Shown here: piece by piece, positions 1 to 8,676 of the stretch
Numbering within the stretch: position 1 is the stretch's first letter
How the letters are laid out: every line of letters begins with the position of its first letter
Made by a program: the position numbers and the translations under genes
The notes under the pieces: model-generated
The model's input: only the letters and a program-made list of their open reading frames with translations
Database searches by the model: none
Told to the model about the DNA's origin: nothing
DNA from: Halobacteriaceae archaeon
Lineage (GTDB): Archaea > Halobacteriota > Halobacteria > Halobacteriales > Halobacteriaceae
Assembly: GCA_042216675.1 (NCBI GenBank)
Contig: JBDGTS010000041.1
Location: forward strand, 1-32,154
Reading direction: 5' to 3'
DNA length: 32,154 nucleotides

Positions 1-171
1 GCTCGGAAATCTGCGATTTCCGCGAACATCGAAGCCCTCGCGTAACGAGGTCTTCGTGCGCTCGGAAATCTGCGATTTCCGCGAACATCGAAGCCCTCGC
101 GTAACGAGGTCTTCTGGCAGTCAGCCGCTGACGCGGCTGACGACATCGAGAAACTGTCGGAGACGGCTTCT
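1..171. repeat. Tandem ~59-bp double-hairpin intergenic repeat (2 identical units plus 1 structurally similar unit; may continue left of the window)
   Basis: 1-55 is identical to 60-114. Each unit has hairpin cggaaatc/gatttccg, linker cgaacatc, then hairpin gaagccctcg/cgaggtcttc. 120-171 has the same hairpin-linker-hairpin layout. Confidence 0.85.
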
Positions 172-176
172 GCCGC

Positions 177-1127
177 TCAGAACTGCGGCGCCACCTCGTC
201 CACGAACAGTTCCGTCGTCCGCCGGTCGTTCTTCGGCGGCTGGATCTGGAGCGTGTCGGCGCCCAACTCCCGATACGTCTCGACGATTTCGGCGGCTTCG
301 GCCGGCGACCCCACCAACCCCCGGAACTCGTCGCGCCCCGCCGCGCCGCGCGGGGTGTCGCCCTGCAGGTCCTCGTACGCCTCGTGAGCATCCTCGCTGT
401 CTTCACGGATGCACGCCGTGAGCGTGATGGTCAACTCGATGTCGTCGAAGTCCCGCCCGAGGTCCTCACAGTGCCCTTCGAGGACGTCGAGTTTGTGTTC
501 GTAGCGCTCCGGCTCGGCGCCGGGGAGGTTCCAGCGGTCGGCCTTGTCGGCGGTCATCTGGAGGGTGAGGTGCTCCCCGCCGCCGCCGACGAGGACTGGC
601 ACGTCGTCGGGCTTGGGGTTCAGGTACAGGTCGTCGAGTTCGTAGTAGTCGCCCTCGAAGTTGACCGGTGACTCCTCGTTCCACGCCGCCTTGCAGAGGT
701 CGATGGCGTCTCTGGTCTGGAGGATGCGCGTCTCCGCGTCCGCGAACGCCAGTCCGGCGGCGTCGTACTCGTCCTCGTACCAGCCGGCACCGATTGCGAG
801 GACGGCGCGCCCCTCCGAGAGCGAGTCCAGCGACGCCACCGTCTTCGCGAGGAAGGCCGGATTGCGGTAGTGGACGCAGGTGACCAGCGCCGACAGTTCC
901 ATCTCGTCGGTGGCCTCCGCGAGGGCCGAGAGACCGGTGTAGCACTCCACGAACGGCTCGTCGTGGTAGCCGACGCCGGAGAGTTGCCAGAAGTGGTCCA
1001 TCAGCGTGTACCACGAGAAGCCCGCGTCCTCGACGAACTGGGCGCGCGCCGTCAGCGAGTCCACCAGCGAGCGCTCGTCGGGGTCGTCGTGGTACACGAA
1101 CGAGGCGTTGTGGTAGCCGAAGTCCAT
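177..1127 (-). CDS. LLM-class (luciferase-like) oxidoreductase, probably F420-dependent
   Basis: Acidic C-terminal part of ORF 177..1892, starting MDFGYHNASF at ATG 1127. Motifs MDHFWQ, YRNPAFLAKTVASLDSLSEGR..LAIGAGW, PVLVGGGGE. TATA-like gtataagt about 25-30 nt upstream. Confidence 0.88.
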   Translation of the reverse strand: MDFGYHNASFVYHDDPDERSLVDSLTARAQFVEDAGFSWYTLMDHFWQLSGVGYHDEPFVECYTGLSALAEATDEMELSALVTCVHYRNPAFLAKTVASLDSLSEGRAVLAIGAGWYEDEYDAAGLAFADAETRILQTRDAIDLCKAAWNEESPVNFEGDYYELDDLYLNPKPDDVPVLVGGGGEHLTLQMTADKADRWNLPGAEPERYEHKLDVLEGHCEDLGRDFDDIELTITLTACIREDSEDAHEAYEDLQGDTPRGAAGRDEFRGLVGSPAEAAEIVETYRELGADTLQIQPPKNDRRTTELFVDEVAPQF

Positions 1128-1208
1128 GTGCGCGTGCCCGCCCGCCCCCGACTTATACTCCGGGGTGGCGGCGATGCCTTCATTTGGTCCCCGCCCCGAG
1201 GCGTGGCC

Positions 1209-1733
1209 ATGTACGCCGTCGTCGGGTGCAACGAGTGTCAGGCCCTCTGGGTCGTCGCCGACAGGCCCGACACGACGCGGTGCCCGCGATGCGGGAAGCG
1301 CCACCAGTTCTCGACGCTGAAGCAGTTCGCCACCGCGGAGGACGAGACGGCGGCCCGCGAGGCGCGGGCGGCCCTCCTCGCGGACAGACAGGGCCAGAGC
1401 GACGCGTTCGCGGACCTCGACTCGATGGCGGAGATGGAAACGCGCATCGACGAGGCAGGTGTCGACGACGAGACGTATCTCTCCGAGTCCGGCGTCGACG
1501 CCGACGCCGTCGCCGAGGCGGGCGAACGCGCGGAGCAGGGGCCGGGCGGTGGCTCCTCGCGCCGGGACACCGTGCTCGCGGCGCTCGAATCGCTCGATGG
1601 CCCGTCGACTGACGAGGTGGTGGCCTACGCCGAGGAGCGGGGGGTCCCCGCCGACTACACGCGGGAGGCCCTCGACAGACTCGTCCGGCACGGCGAAGTC
1701 ACGCGCTCGGGGGACACGTACCGCCTGCTCTAG
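1209..1733 (+). CDS. Haloarchaeal Zn-ribbon plus winged-helix protein (DUF5817-like)
   Basis: MYAVVGCNEC...TTRCPRCGKRH (two CxxC) and a C-terminal wHTH-like segment (ALDRLVRHGEV..SGDTYRLL); acidic composition. Confidence 0.8.
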   Translation: MYAVVGCNECQALWVVADRPDTTRCPRCGKRHQFSTLKQFATAEDETAAREARAALLADRQGQSDAFADLDSMAEMETRIDEAGVDDETYLSESGVDADAVAEAGERAEQGPGGGSSRRDTVLAALESLDGPSTDEVVAYAEERGVPADYTREALDRLVRHGEVTRSGDTYRLL

Positions 1734-1837
1734 GCGAGGGCGCCCCACACCGTCAGCGCGAGGGCCACGACGGACAACAGCAGTTTCGCGAGGCGCAACC
1801 ACGGGGCCAGTTCGGGGAGTGCGACGCGCTCTGTCAT

Positions 1838-1877
1838 GGGTGGCGACGGCCGCGGTGACTGCCGACGGCCGCCACCC
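1838..1877. other. Imperfect intergenic hairpin between convergent genes
   Basis: gggtggcg...cgccaccc terminal inverted repeat with partial inner pairing, in the 203-bp gap between the 1209-1733 gene and hmgA. Confidence 0.4.
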
Positions 1878-1936
1878 GACACGAGGCACCACTATACATT
1901 AAACTGCAGCCAACGACGGACCGAAACTAAAACTGG

Positions 1937-3148
1937 TCAGCGCCCGAGGTCGGCGTGCGCGGAGGCGAGGTGGTCGGCCGCCAGCGCCCCCAGCAGGTTG
2001 AGTTCGCCCGCGAGCGCCGCCGCCGCGATCACTTCCGCCAGTTCGTCGGCGTTCGTCCCGGCGGGGTCGCCGCCGCCCGCGACGCCGAGCATCGAGAGCG
2101 TCTCGGACTGGGTGGGCAGACTCGTGCCGCCACCCACCGTCCCGACGGGGAGGCTGGCCAGCGACACCGAGACGTAGAGGTCGCCGTCGCGCACGGAGGC
2201 AGTGGTGATGGCGTTCGACCCCTCGACGACGTGCGCCTCGTCCTGCCCGGTGGCGAGGAACGCGGCGCCGACGGCGTTGGCGACGTGGGCGTTGAACCCC
2301 AGCGACCCGGCCTTCGCGCTCCCCTGAAAGTTCTTCCTCGCGTTCACGTCCGCGATGGCCGCCGGCGAGGCGCCGAATCGGTCGGCCACCACGTCGGCGG
2401 GCAGGACGGCGTCGGCGACGACTGTGTGCCCGCGGCCTTCGACGGCGTTGACGGCCGCGGGCTTCTTGTCCGAGCAGAGATTGCCCGAGAGTGACACGAG
2501 GTCCGCGTCCGTCTCGTTCTCGATGACCCCGGCGGCCGCCTCGGTGGCGATGGTGGCCATGTTCATCCCCATCGCGTCCTTCGTGTCGTAGACGAATCGT
2601 AGGAAGACGGAGTCGCCGACGACGTACGGGTCGATGCGGTCGAGTTCGCCGTGGCTCGTCGTCGATTCGGCCGCCTCGCGCAGACGGTCCTCCTCCGCGT
2701 CCACCCACTCGACGAGACCTTGTGCCTCCGCGACGCCGGCCACCCGGAAGACGGGTGCGCGGGTCATCCCCGATTCGATGACGCGCGTCGTCACGCCGCC
2801 CGCCGCGTCGAGGGCGCTACAGCCGCGGTTGATGCCCGCCACGAGGCCGCCCTCCGTCGTCGCCAGCGGGAGGACGTACTCGCCCTCGGCCGCGGACCCC
2901 GCGACGGACACGGGGCCGGCGACGCCGACGGGCACCTGCACCGCGCCGACCATGTTCTCGATGTTGCTCTCGGCCGCGGCCGCGTCGAATGCGTAGTCGC
3001 CGACGGCGTCGAGGTCAGCACCGGTTCGGCGCTCGACGACGAAGCGGCGCGCGGCAGTCGCGGTGTCGGCGTCGGCGTGGTCTTCGAGCTCGTGGAGGCG
3101 GAGTTCGCCCGCGGCGACGCGGTCCGCGAGGTCACCTGCGTCTGTCAT
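1937..3148 (-). CDS. hmgA: Hydroxymethylglutaryl-CoA reductase (NADPH), class I
   Basis: Motifs ENMVG, PLATTEG, DAMGMNM, SGNLCSDKK, GTVGGGT, C-terminal H. Start taken at ATG 3148 (MTDAGDL). Confidence 0.97.
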   Translation of the reverse strand: MTDAGDLADRVAAGELRLHELEDHADADTATAARRFVVERRTGADLDAVGDYAFDAAAAESNIENMVGAVQVPVGVAGPVSVAGSAAEGEYVLPLATTEGGLVAGINRGCSALDAAGGVTTRVIESGMTRAPVFRVAGVAEAQGLVEWVDAEEDRLREAAESTTSHGELDRIDPYVVGDSVFLRFVYDTKDAMGMNMATIATEAAAGVIENETDADLVSLSGNLCSDKKPAAVNAVEGRGHTVVADAVLPADVVADRFGASPAAIADVNARKNFQGSAKAGSLGFNAHVANAVGAAFLATGQDEAHVVEGSNAITTASVRDGDLYVSVSLASLPVGTVGGGTSLPTQSETLSMLGVAGGGDPAGTNADELAEVIAAAALAGELNLLGALAADHLASAHADLGR

Positions 3149-3173
3149 GGTGGGCACGTGGCCGCGCCGGCCC

Positions 3174-3710
3174 CTAACTGTTGCTATCGCCGGAGTTGCC
3201 GAGGATCTTCGACGCCACCGACAGCAGGCGCTCCGCCGGCGCCTTCGTGAACAGGTCGACCATGATTTCGAACTGGTCGTACATCTCCTGAAGGGTGTGA
3301 ACCCGCCGCCGGTACCGCTCCGCCTCGGCGCCCTCCGCGCCCTCTAGCATCGCCTCGGCGTCGTCGAGCGCTCGGCGCATCGTGCGGAACTCCCGGCGCA
3401 CCTGCCCTTGTACTAGTTCCTGTAGCACCGTCCACCAGTCCCTCTCGGCCTCGAAGAATGCCCGGCGTCCACCGCTCGGGTCGCCGCTCCGGCGAACGAG
3501 GTGGTAGCGTTCGAGGGCCTGCATCGCCGTGCTCACCGTGGACTTCGCGTAGTCGCTCTCCGCACTCAGGTCGTCCAGCGACATCGGTTCGGCCGCGAAG
3601 TAGAGGATACCGTACAGTCGGCCGTAACTGCGGTTCAGCCCGTACATCTCCGCCGACCGGGCCATCGCCTCGATGACCCGCTCTCGGGCCGCCGCCACGT
3701 CGTCTGACAT
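3174..3710 (-). CDS. GbsR/MarR-family transcriptional regulator
   Basis: EMYGLNRSYGRLYGILYFAAEPMSLDDL...YAKSTVSTAMQALE wHTH pattern of GbsR-type regulators; divergent from an ABC operon. Confidence 0.85.
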   Translation of the reverse strand: MSDDVAAARERVIEAMARSAEMYGLNRSYGRLYGILYFAAEPMSLDDLSAESDYAKSTVSTAMQALERYHLVRRSGDPSGGRRAFFEAERDWWTVLQELVQGQVRREFRTMRRALDDAEAMLEGAEGAEAERYRRRVHTLQEMYDQFEIMVDLFTKAPAERLLSVASKILGNSGDSNS

Positions 3711-3728
3711 GGCCGTCAGTTCGGCACC

Positions 3729-3775
3729 GAAACGAATAAATCGTTTCCTTCGAAACGTTCGGAATATGCCGAACG
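3729..3775. promoter_or_regulatory. Two perfect inverted repeats, candidate operators in the divergent promoter
   Basis: gaaacga-N5-tcgtttc (3729-3747) and cgttcgg-N6-ccgaacg (3756-3775, spanning the ATG at 3766). Confidence 0.55.
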
Positions 3776-4428
3776 AAGGGAACGGTGCCGTACTTCAAGC
3801 GTCCGGCCTCGCGAAAACGTACGACTCGTGGCTCCCGTTCGGGCGACGGGTCGAAGTCCTCGACGATGCGGCCCTCCGCGTCGACGCGGGTGAAATCGTC
3901 GGTATCGTCGGCGAGAACGGGAGCGGTAAGTCCACGCTGATGCAGATTCTCGTCGGTGCCCTCGACGCCGACGCCGGGAGTGTGGACGTGTCGGGCGCGG
4001 TTGGGTGGTGTCCACAGGAGACGCGCCTCTACGACCGGTTGACCGTCGACGAGACGTTCCGCCTGTTCGGCGAAGCGTACGGTCTCGACGGCGACGAGAT
4101 TCGGGCACAGCGCGACGAACTCGCGGAGCGCTTGGACTTCGAGCGCTTCCTCGACTATCAGGTACGGCACCTCAGCGGCGGGAACCGCCAGAAGGTGAAC
4201 CTCGGTGTCGCCCTCCTCCACGACCCGGACGTGCTGTTCCTCGACGAACCGTACACTGGCTTCGACTGGGACACGTATCTGGCGTTCTGGGACCTCACGG
4301 AGGAACTAGTGGCCGAGGGGACGGCCATCTGCATCATCTCGCATCTCATCAACGAACGCGAGCGCTTCGACCGCATCTACGAACTCAGAGACGGGCGCCT
4401 CCACGAAGACGGGGGTGAGGAGCCGTGA
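3766..4428 (+). CDS. ABC transporter ATP-binding protein (exporter type)
   Basis: Walker A GENGSGKST, signature LSGGN, Walker B LFLDEP, H-loop ISH. ATG at 3766. Confidence 0.93.
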   Translation: MPNEGNGAVLQASGLAKTYDSWLPFGRRVEVLDDAALRVDAGEIVGIVGENGSGKSTLMQILVGALDADAGSVDVSGAVGWCPQETRLYDRLTVDETFRLFGEAYGLDGDEIRAQRDELAERLDFERFLDYQVRHLSGGNRQKVNLGVALLHDPDVLFLDEPYTGFDWDTYLAFWDLTEELVAEGTAICIISHLINERERFDRIYELRDGRLHEDGGEEP

Positions 4429-5150
4429 GCCGACTCCGCACGGCGACGGCGTCGCACGTCCGCGAGTTCGTTCGGGAGCCGGTGAATCTGGTCTTCCTGT
4501 TCGTGTTGCCGCCCGTCGTCATCGAGGTGTACGGCCGGGCGATGGAGACGTTTCCGCAGTTTCCGTTCGCGACGAATCCCGGTACGCTGGGACGCATCGC
4601 CGGGACGCTGTTCGCGACGGCGTTCGTCGCGGGTCTCATCGGCCTGTTTCAGGTCATCAGCGCCAGACGCGGCGACGAACGGCTCATCCTCGCCGGCTTC
4701 GGACGGTCGTCGCTCCTCGCGTCGCGGCTGGTGGCCCTCGTCGGCGCGACGCTCGCCGTCGCGGCGGTGTCACTCGGGGTGCTCGCGACTGATACGGCCG
4801 TCGCCGCGCCGGGTGTCGCGTATGCGGCCCTCGTCTCGGGCGGCCTCATCTACGGACTGATCGGCGTCCTCGTCGGCACCCTGGTCCCGCGCGAACTAGA
4901 GGGGTCGCTCGTCCTCGTCTTCCTCGCGGACGTGGACAGCGCGCTCTCGACTGGCATCTTCGCCACCGACGCGCCGCTCGTCGACCTGTTTCCGCTCCAC
5001 GACGCCCACGCACTCTTCACGGACGCCGTCACCGACGGCGCGGTGGCGACGGGCGACGCCGTCGGCGTGGCGGCGTACCTCCTCGCGGCGGTGACGGCGG
5101 CGTTCCTCGCACACCGCGCCGTCGCGGGCGACGGGGGTGAGCGCGCGTGA
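4425..5150 (+). CDS. ABC-2-type transporter permease
   Basis: About 6 hydrophobic segments; GTGA overlap with the ATPase gene; similar to the next gene. Confidence 0.85.
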   Translation: MSRLRTATASHVREFVREPVNLVFLFVLPPVVIEVYGRAMETFPQFPFATNPGTLGRIAGTLFATAFVAGLIGLFQVISARRGDERLILAGFGRSSLLASRLVALVGATLAVAAVSLGVLATDTAVAAPGVAYAALVSGGLIYGLIGVLVGTLVPRELEGSLVLVFLADVDSALSTGIFATDAPLVDLFPLHDAHALFTDAVTDGAVATGDAVGVAAYLLAAVTAAFLAHRAVAGDGGERA

Positions 5151-5869
5151 GCCGTGTCGGCGCGGCCGTCGCCGCGGGCGTCCGCGAGTACCGTCGAACC
5201 CCGGTGTTGCTGGCGTTGCTGGTCTTCCTGCCAGTCTACGTCGTCCTCGTGTTCCAGTACGCCGTGCCGAACGCGGAGGCGACCCTCTACCTCGATTCGA
5301 CGGTCACCGCGAGCATGGACGCGACCATCGCGGCGTTCATGACGCCGATGGCGGGGGCGCTCCTCGCCGGCATCGCGGGCCTGTTCCTGATGGGGTCGGC
5401 CGCCGACGCGGACGGGCGCCTCGTGTTGGCGGGCTACCGGCCCCACGAGGTCATCCTCGGCCGCCTCTGCCTGCTGGCGGGCGTGAGCGCCGTCGCCACG
5501 GGCGCCGCCGTCGCGGCGACGTGGCTCACCTTCGAACCGGCCCAGCCCGGATGGTTCGTCGCCGCGGCACTCCTCGCGGCACTCGTCTACGGGATGCTCG
5601 GCGTCGTCGTCGGGTCGCTGCTCAGCCGCCTCGCCGGGGTGTATCTCCTGCTGTTCGGGCCGATGGTGGACATGTTCCTCTACCAGAACCCGCTCTCGAC
5701 GGAGACGCCGGCCGTCGCGACGGTCCTCCCCGGCCACTATCCCCTCGCCGTGGCGCTCGACGCCGCGTTCACCGGGTCGGCTGACCCGTCGGCGTTCGCG
5801 CTCGGCCTCGCGTATCTCGCGGGGGTCACGCTGCTGGCGACGGCGACGTTCTACCGGGCGCTCCGATAG
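5147..5869 (+). CDS. ABC-2-type transporter permease
   Basis: About 6 hydrophobic segments; GTGA overlap; shares the D.RL.LAG(F/Y) motif with the preceding permease. Confidence 0.85.
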   Translation: MSRVGAAVAAGVREYRRTPVLLALLVFLPVYVVLVFQYAVPNAEATLYLDSTVTASMDATIAAFMTPMAGALLAGIAGLFLMGSAADADGRLVLAGYRPHEVILGRLCLLAGVSAVATGAAVAATWLTFEPAQPGWFVAAALLAALVYGMLGVVVGSLLSRLAGVYLLLFGPMVDMFLYQNPLSTETPAVATVLPGHYPLAVALDAAFTGSADPSAFALGLAYLAGVTLLATATFYRALR

Positions 5870-5908
5870 TCCCGAACGCTTACCGTCGCCGCGGTCACCC
5901 ACCTACAC

Positions 5909-7420
5909 ATGACACAGGCCGCGGACCTCGTTCTCAGAAACGCCGAGGTCCACGCGCTGACCGACCCGGACCGGGTGGCGGAGGCCGTCGCCGTCCGGGA
6001 CGGCCGCATCGTGCGCGTCGGGGACGACTACGAAGTCGACTTCCTCGCCGGCGTCGAAACGACGGAACTCGACCTCCACGGGCGCGTCCTGCTCCCCGGG
6101 TTCGTGGACGCACACACCCACATGCGCATCGAGGGGTGGCGCGCCACGCGGACGGACCTCGCGGACGCCGACGGCCCCGACGCCGTCGTCTCCGCGATGC
6201 GGGACGCCGACCCCGGCCCGGAGGGGTGGCTGCTCGGCTTCGGGATGGACGACGGCGACTGGGACGCCGCCCTCACGCGCGCCGACCTCGACGCGGTGAG
6301 CGAGGAGCGCCCGGTCGCCGTCTTCCGCGAGGACCTCCACGCCGGCGTCGTGAACAGCGTCGCTCTCGACGGCCATCGCGGGGAGATGCCCGACGAGGAC
6401 GTGGTGACCGAGGACGGCGCCCCGACGGGCCTCGTCGTCGAGGACGCGCGCAAGCCGATTTTCGGCGCTATCGACCCCGGCCGCGAGGGCACCCGGGACC
6501 TCCTCCGGGCGGCCCGGGACCGCGCCCACCGCCGCGGCGTCACGGGCGTCCACGACTTCGTGCGCTTCTCGCGCGCCCCCGCCGCCTACCGGGACCTCGC
6601 CCGCGACGGCGAACTCGCACTCGACGTGCGTGTCTGCTACTGGGCCGACCACCTCGACGCGGCCGTCGAGATGGGCCTCCACACGAACCACGGCGACGAG
6701 GTGCGGGTCGGCGCCATCAAGGCCTACACCGACGGGAGCATCGCCAGCCACACGGCCCGCCTCGGCGAGTCCTACGCCGACGCCGACACGCGCGGCGAGT
6801 GGGTCAGGGACCCTGATGCGGCCCGGGACCTCGCCGAACGCGCCGACGACGAGGGCTTTCAGGTCGCGTTCCACGCCGTCGGCGACGCGGCCGTCGAGGC
6901 CGCCCTCGACGCACTCGCCGCCACGGAGAATCCGCGCGAGGCGCGTCACCGCGTCGAACACGCGACGCTCGCCACCGACGACCAGATGGCGCGCGCCGTT
7001 GAGGCGGGCGCCGTCGTCTGTCTCCAGCCGAACTTCCACCGGTGGGGCGGTCCCGACGGCGAGTACGCGGCGCGTCTCGGTGACCGCTGGGAGCGCGCGA
7101 ACCGCCTCGCCGCGTGGCACGAGGCGGGCGCGACGCTGGCGTTCGGGAGCGACTGCATGCCGTTCGACCCGTTGCTCGGCGTCGACTACGCCGTGGACCC
7201 GCCCGCGGGCGACGGCCTCGACGTGACGACGGCGCTCCGTGCGTACACCCGCGGGAGCGCCTACGCCGGGTTCGCCGAAGACGAGACGGGGACCGTCGAG
7301 AGGGGGAAGCGCGCGAACCTCGTCGCCCTCGACGGGTCGCCGTGGACCGCCGACGACGTGTCAGCGCTCGACGTGGACCTGACCGTCCATCGCGGCGAAA
7401 TAGTGTACGACGGGCGCTGA
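5909..7420 (+). CDS. Metal-dependent amidohydrolase (YtcJ-like, amidohydrolase 3)
   Basis: AEAVAVRDGRI, LLPGFVDAHTH, KAYTDGSI, FHAVGD, HRVEHA, FGSD motifs. Confidence 0.92.
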   Translation: MTQAADLVLRNAEVHALTDPDRVAEAVAVRDGRIVRVGDDYEVDFLAGVETTELDLHGRVLLPGFVDAHTHMRIEGWRATRTDLADADGPDAVVSAMRDADPGPEGWLLGFGMDDGDWDAALTRADLDAVSEERPVAVFREDLHAGVVNSVALDGHRGEMPDEDVVTEDGAPTGLVVEDARKPIFGAIDPGREGTRDLLRAARDRAHRRGVTGVHDFVRFSRAPAAYRDLARDGELALDVRVCYWADHLDAAVEMGLHTNHGDEVRVGAIKAYTDGSIASHTARLGESYADADTRGEWVRDPDAARDLAERADDEGFQVAFHAVGDAAVEAALDALAATENPREARHRVEHATLATDDQMARAVEAGAVVCLQPNFHRWGGPDGEYAARLGDRWERANRLAAWHEAGATLAFGSDCMPFDPLLGVDYAVDPPAGDGLDVTTALRAYTRGSAYAGFAEDETGTVERGKRANLVALDGSPWTADDVSALDVDLTVHRGEIVYDGR

Positions 7421-7542
7421 CGGGGATTTTTCGCCGTCTATCCTCCGCTTCGACAGCGGTGGGTCTCTCGACCCTGACTTTGAAGAACAAATCTTTTCAC
7501 AGATGCACCATGAGTGACTGGACACGACGGAGACCACAACTC

Positions 7543-8676
7543 ATGCCCGAAATGGAAACAGTCGACCTCGAATCGGACCTCAGCCTCTTCAAGTACGACG
7601 ACTTGGAGCGGCTTCCCGCGGCGTACCGCGACCTCGACGAGGAGGAGCGAACCGCTCGCATCGACGCCGCGCGCGCCGAACTCGGCGACGACGTGGTGGT
7701 GCTGGGCCACAACTACCAGCGCCGCGAAATCGTCGAGCACGCGGACTTCGTGGGCGACTCCTACGAACTCTCCACGAAGGCCGCCGAGGCCGACGCCGAC
7801 CACGTCGTCTTCTGCGGCGTGACGTTCATGGCCGAAAGCGCGGACATCATCACCGACGACGACCAGACGGTCTTGCTCCCCTCGATGGAGGCCTCCTGCC
7901 CGATGGCGGGCATGGCCGAGGCCCTCCAAGTCGACGCCGCGTGGGAGGAGATGACCGCCGCGGCCGGTGACCGCGACATCGTGCCGGTGACGTACATGAA
8001 CTCCTACGCCGACCTGAAGGCCTTCTGCGCCGAACAAGGGGGGCTCGTCTGCACCTCCTCGAACGCCGCCGACGCCTTCGAGTGGGCGCTGGACCGGGGA
8101 GACGCCGTGCTCTTTCTCCCCGACAAGTTCCTCGGCACGAACACCGCGCACGACCTCGGTCTCGAAGACGAGACGGCGACGTGGGACCCGTGGGACCCCG
8201 AGAGCGCCGACGCCGCCGACGTGGTGGACGCCTCCATCATCTGCTGGGACGGCTACTGTCAGGTCCACGAGCGCTTCACCGCGGACCACGTCGAACAGGT
8301 GCGGGCGGACCACCCCGGCGCGCAGGTGGTCGTCCACCCCGAGTGCCGCCGCGAAGTCGTCGAGGCGGCGGACGTCGTCGGGTCCACGTCCACGATTCGG
8401 GAGACGGTGGCGACGGCCGACCCCGGCGAGACGTGGGCCATCGGCACCGAGATTCACCTCGCGCGCCACCTCGACCGGTGGTATCCCGAGGTGGACGTGG
8501 TGCCGCTCTGTGGCGACGCCTGCATGGACTGCAACGCGATGCGGCAGGTGGACCCCAACTACCTCACGTGGATTCTGGAGGAACTGGTCGAGGGCCGAAC
8601 ACAGAACGTCGTCGAGGTGCCCGCCGAGGAGAAGCGTGCCGCCGCGACGGCGATGGACCGGATGCTCGACCTATGA
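7543..8676 (+). CDS. nadA: Quinolinate synthase NadA
   Basis: LGHNYQ, GDS..L, CGVTFMAE, SCPMA, YMNS, CTSSNA, CQVHE, HPEC, CNAM. Alternative ATGs at 7510 and 7552. Confidence 0.96.
   Translation: MPEMETVDLESDLSLFKYDDLERLPAAYRDLDEEERTARIDAARAELGDDVVVLGHNYQRREIVEHADFVGDSYELSTKAAEADADHVVFCGVTFMAESADIITDDDQTVLLPSMEASCPMAGMAEALQVDAAWEEMTAAAGDRDIVPVTYMNSYADLKAFCAEQGGLVCTSSNAADAFEWALDRGDAVLFLPDKFLGTNTAHDLGLEDETATWDPWDPESADAADVVDASIICWDGYCQVHERFTADHVEQVRADHPGAQVVVHPECRREVVEAADVVGSTSTIRETVATADPGETWAIGTEIHLARHLDRWYPEVDVVPLCGDACMDCNAMRQVDPNYLTWILEELVEGRTQNVVEVPAEEKRAAATAMDRMLDL

Noticed and set aside
1-171. CRISPR array
   Set aside because: The two full units are identical over 55 nt with no unique spacers, and no cas genes are in the window.
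1128-1892. N-terminal extension of the 571-aa ORF 177..1892
   Set aside because: It is an Arg-rich antisense shadow of the 1209-1733 gene; the LLM domain starts at ATG 1127.
7421-7542. Operator or riboswitch upstream of nadA
   Set aside because: Only a weak imperfect palindrome (tgaagaac...tcttttca), and no recognisable aptamer or cognate regulator.
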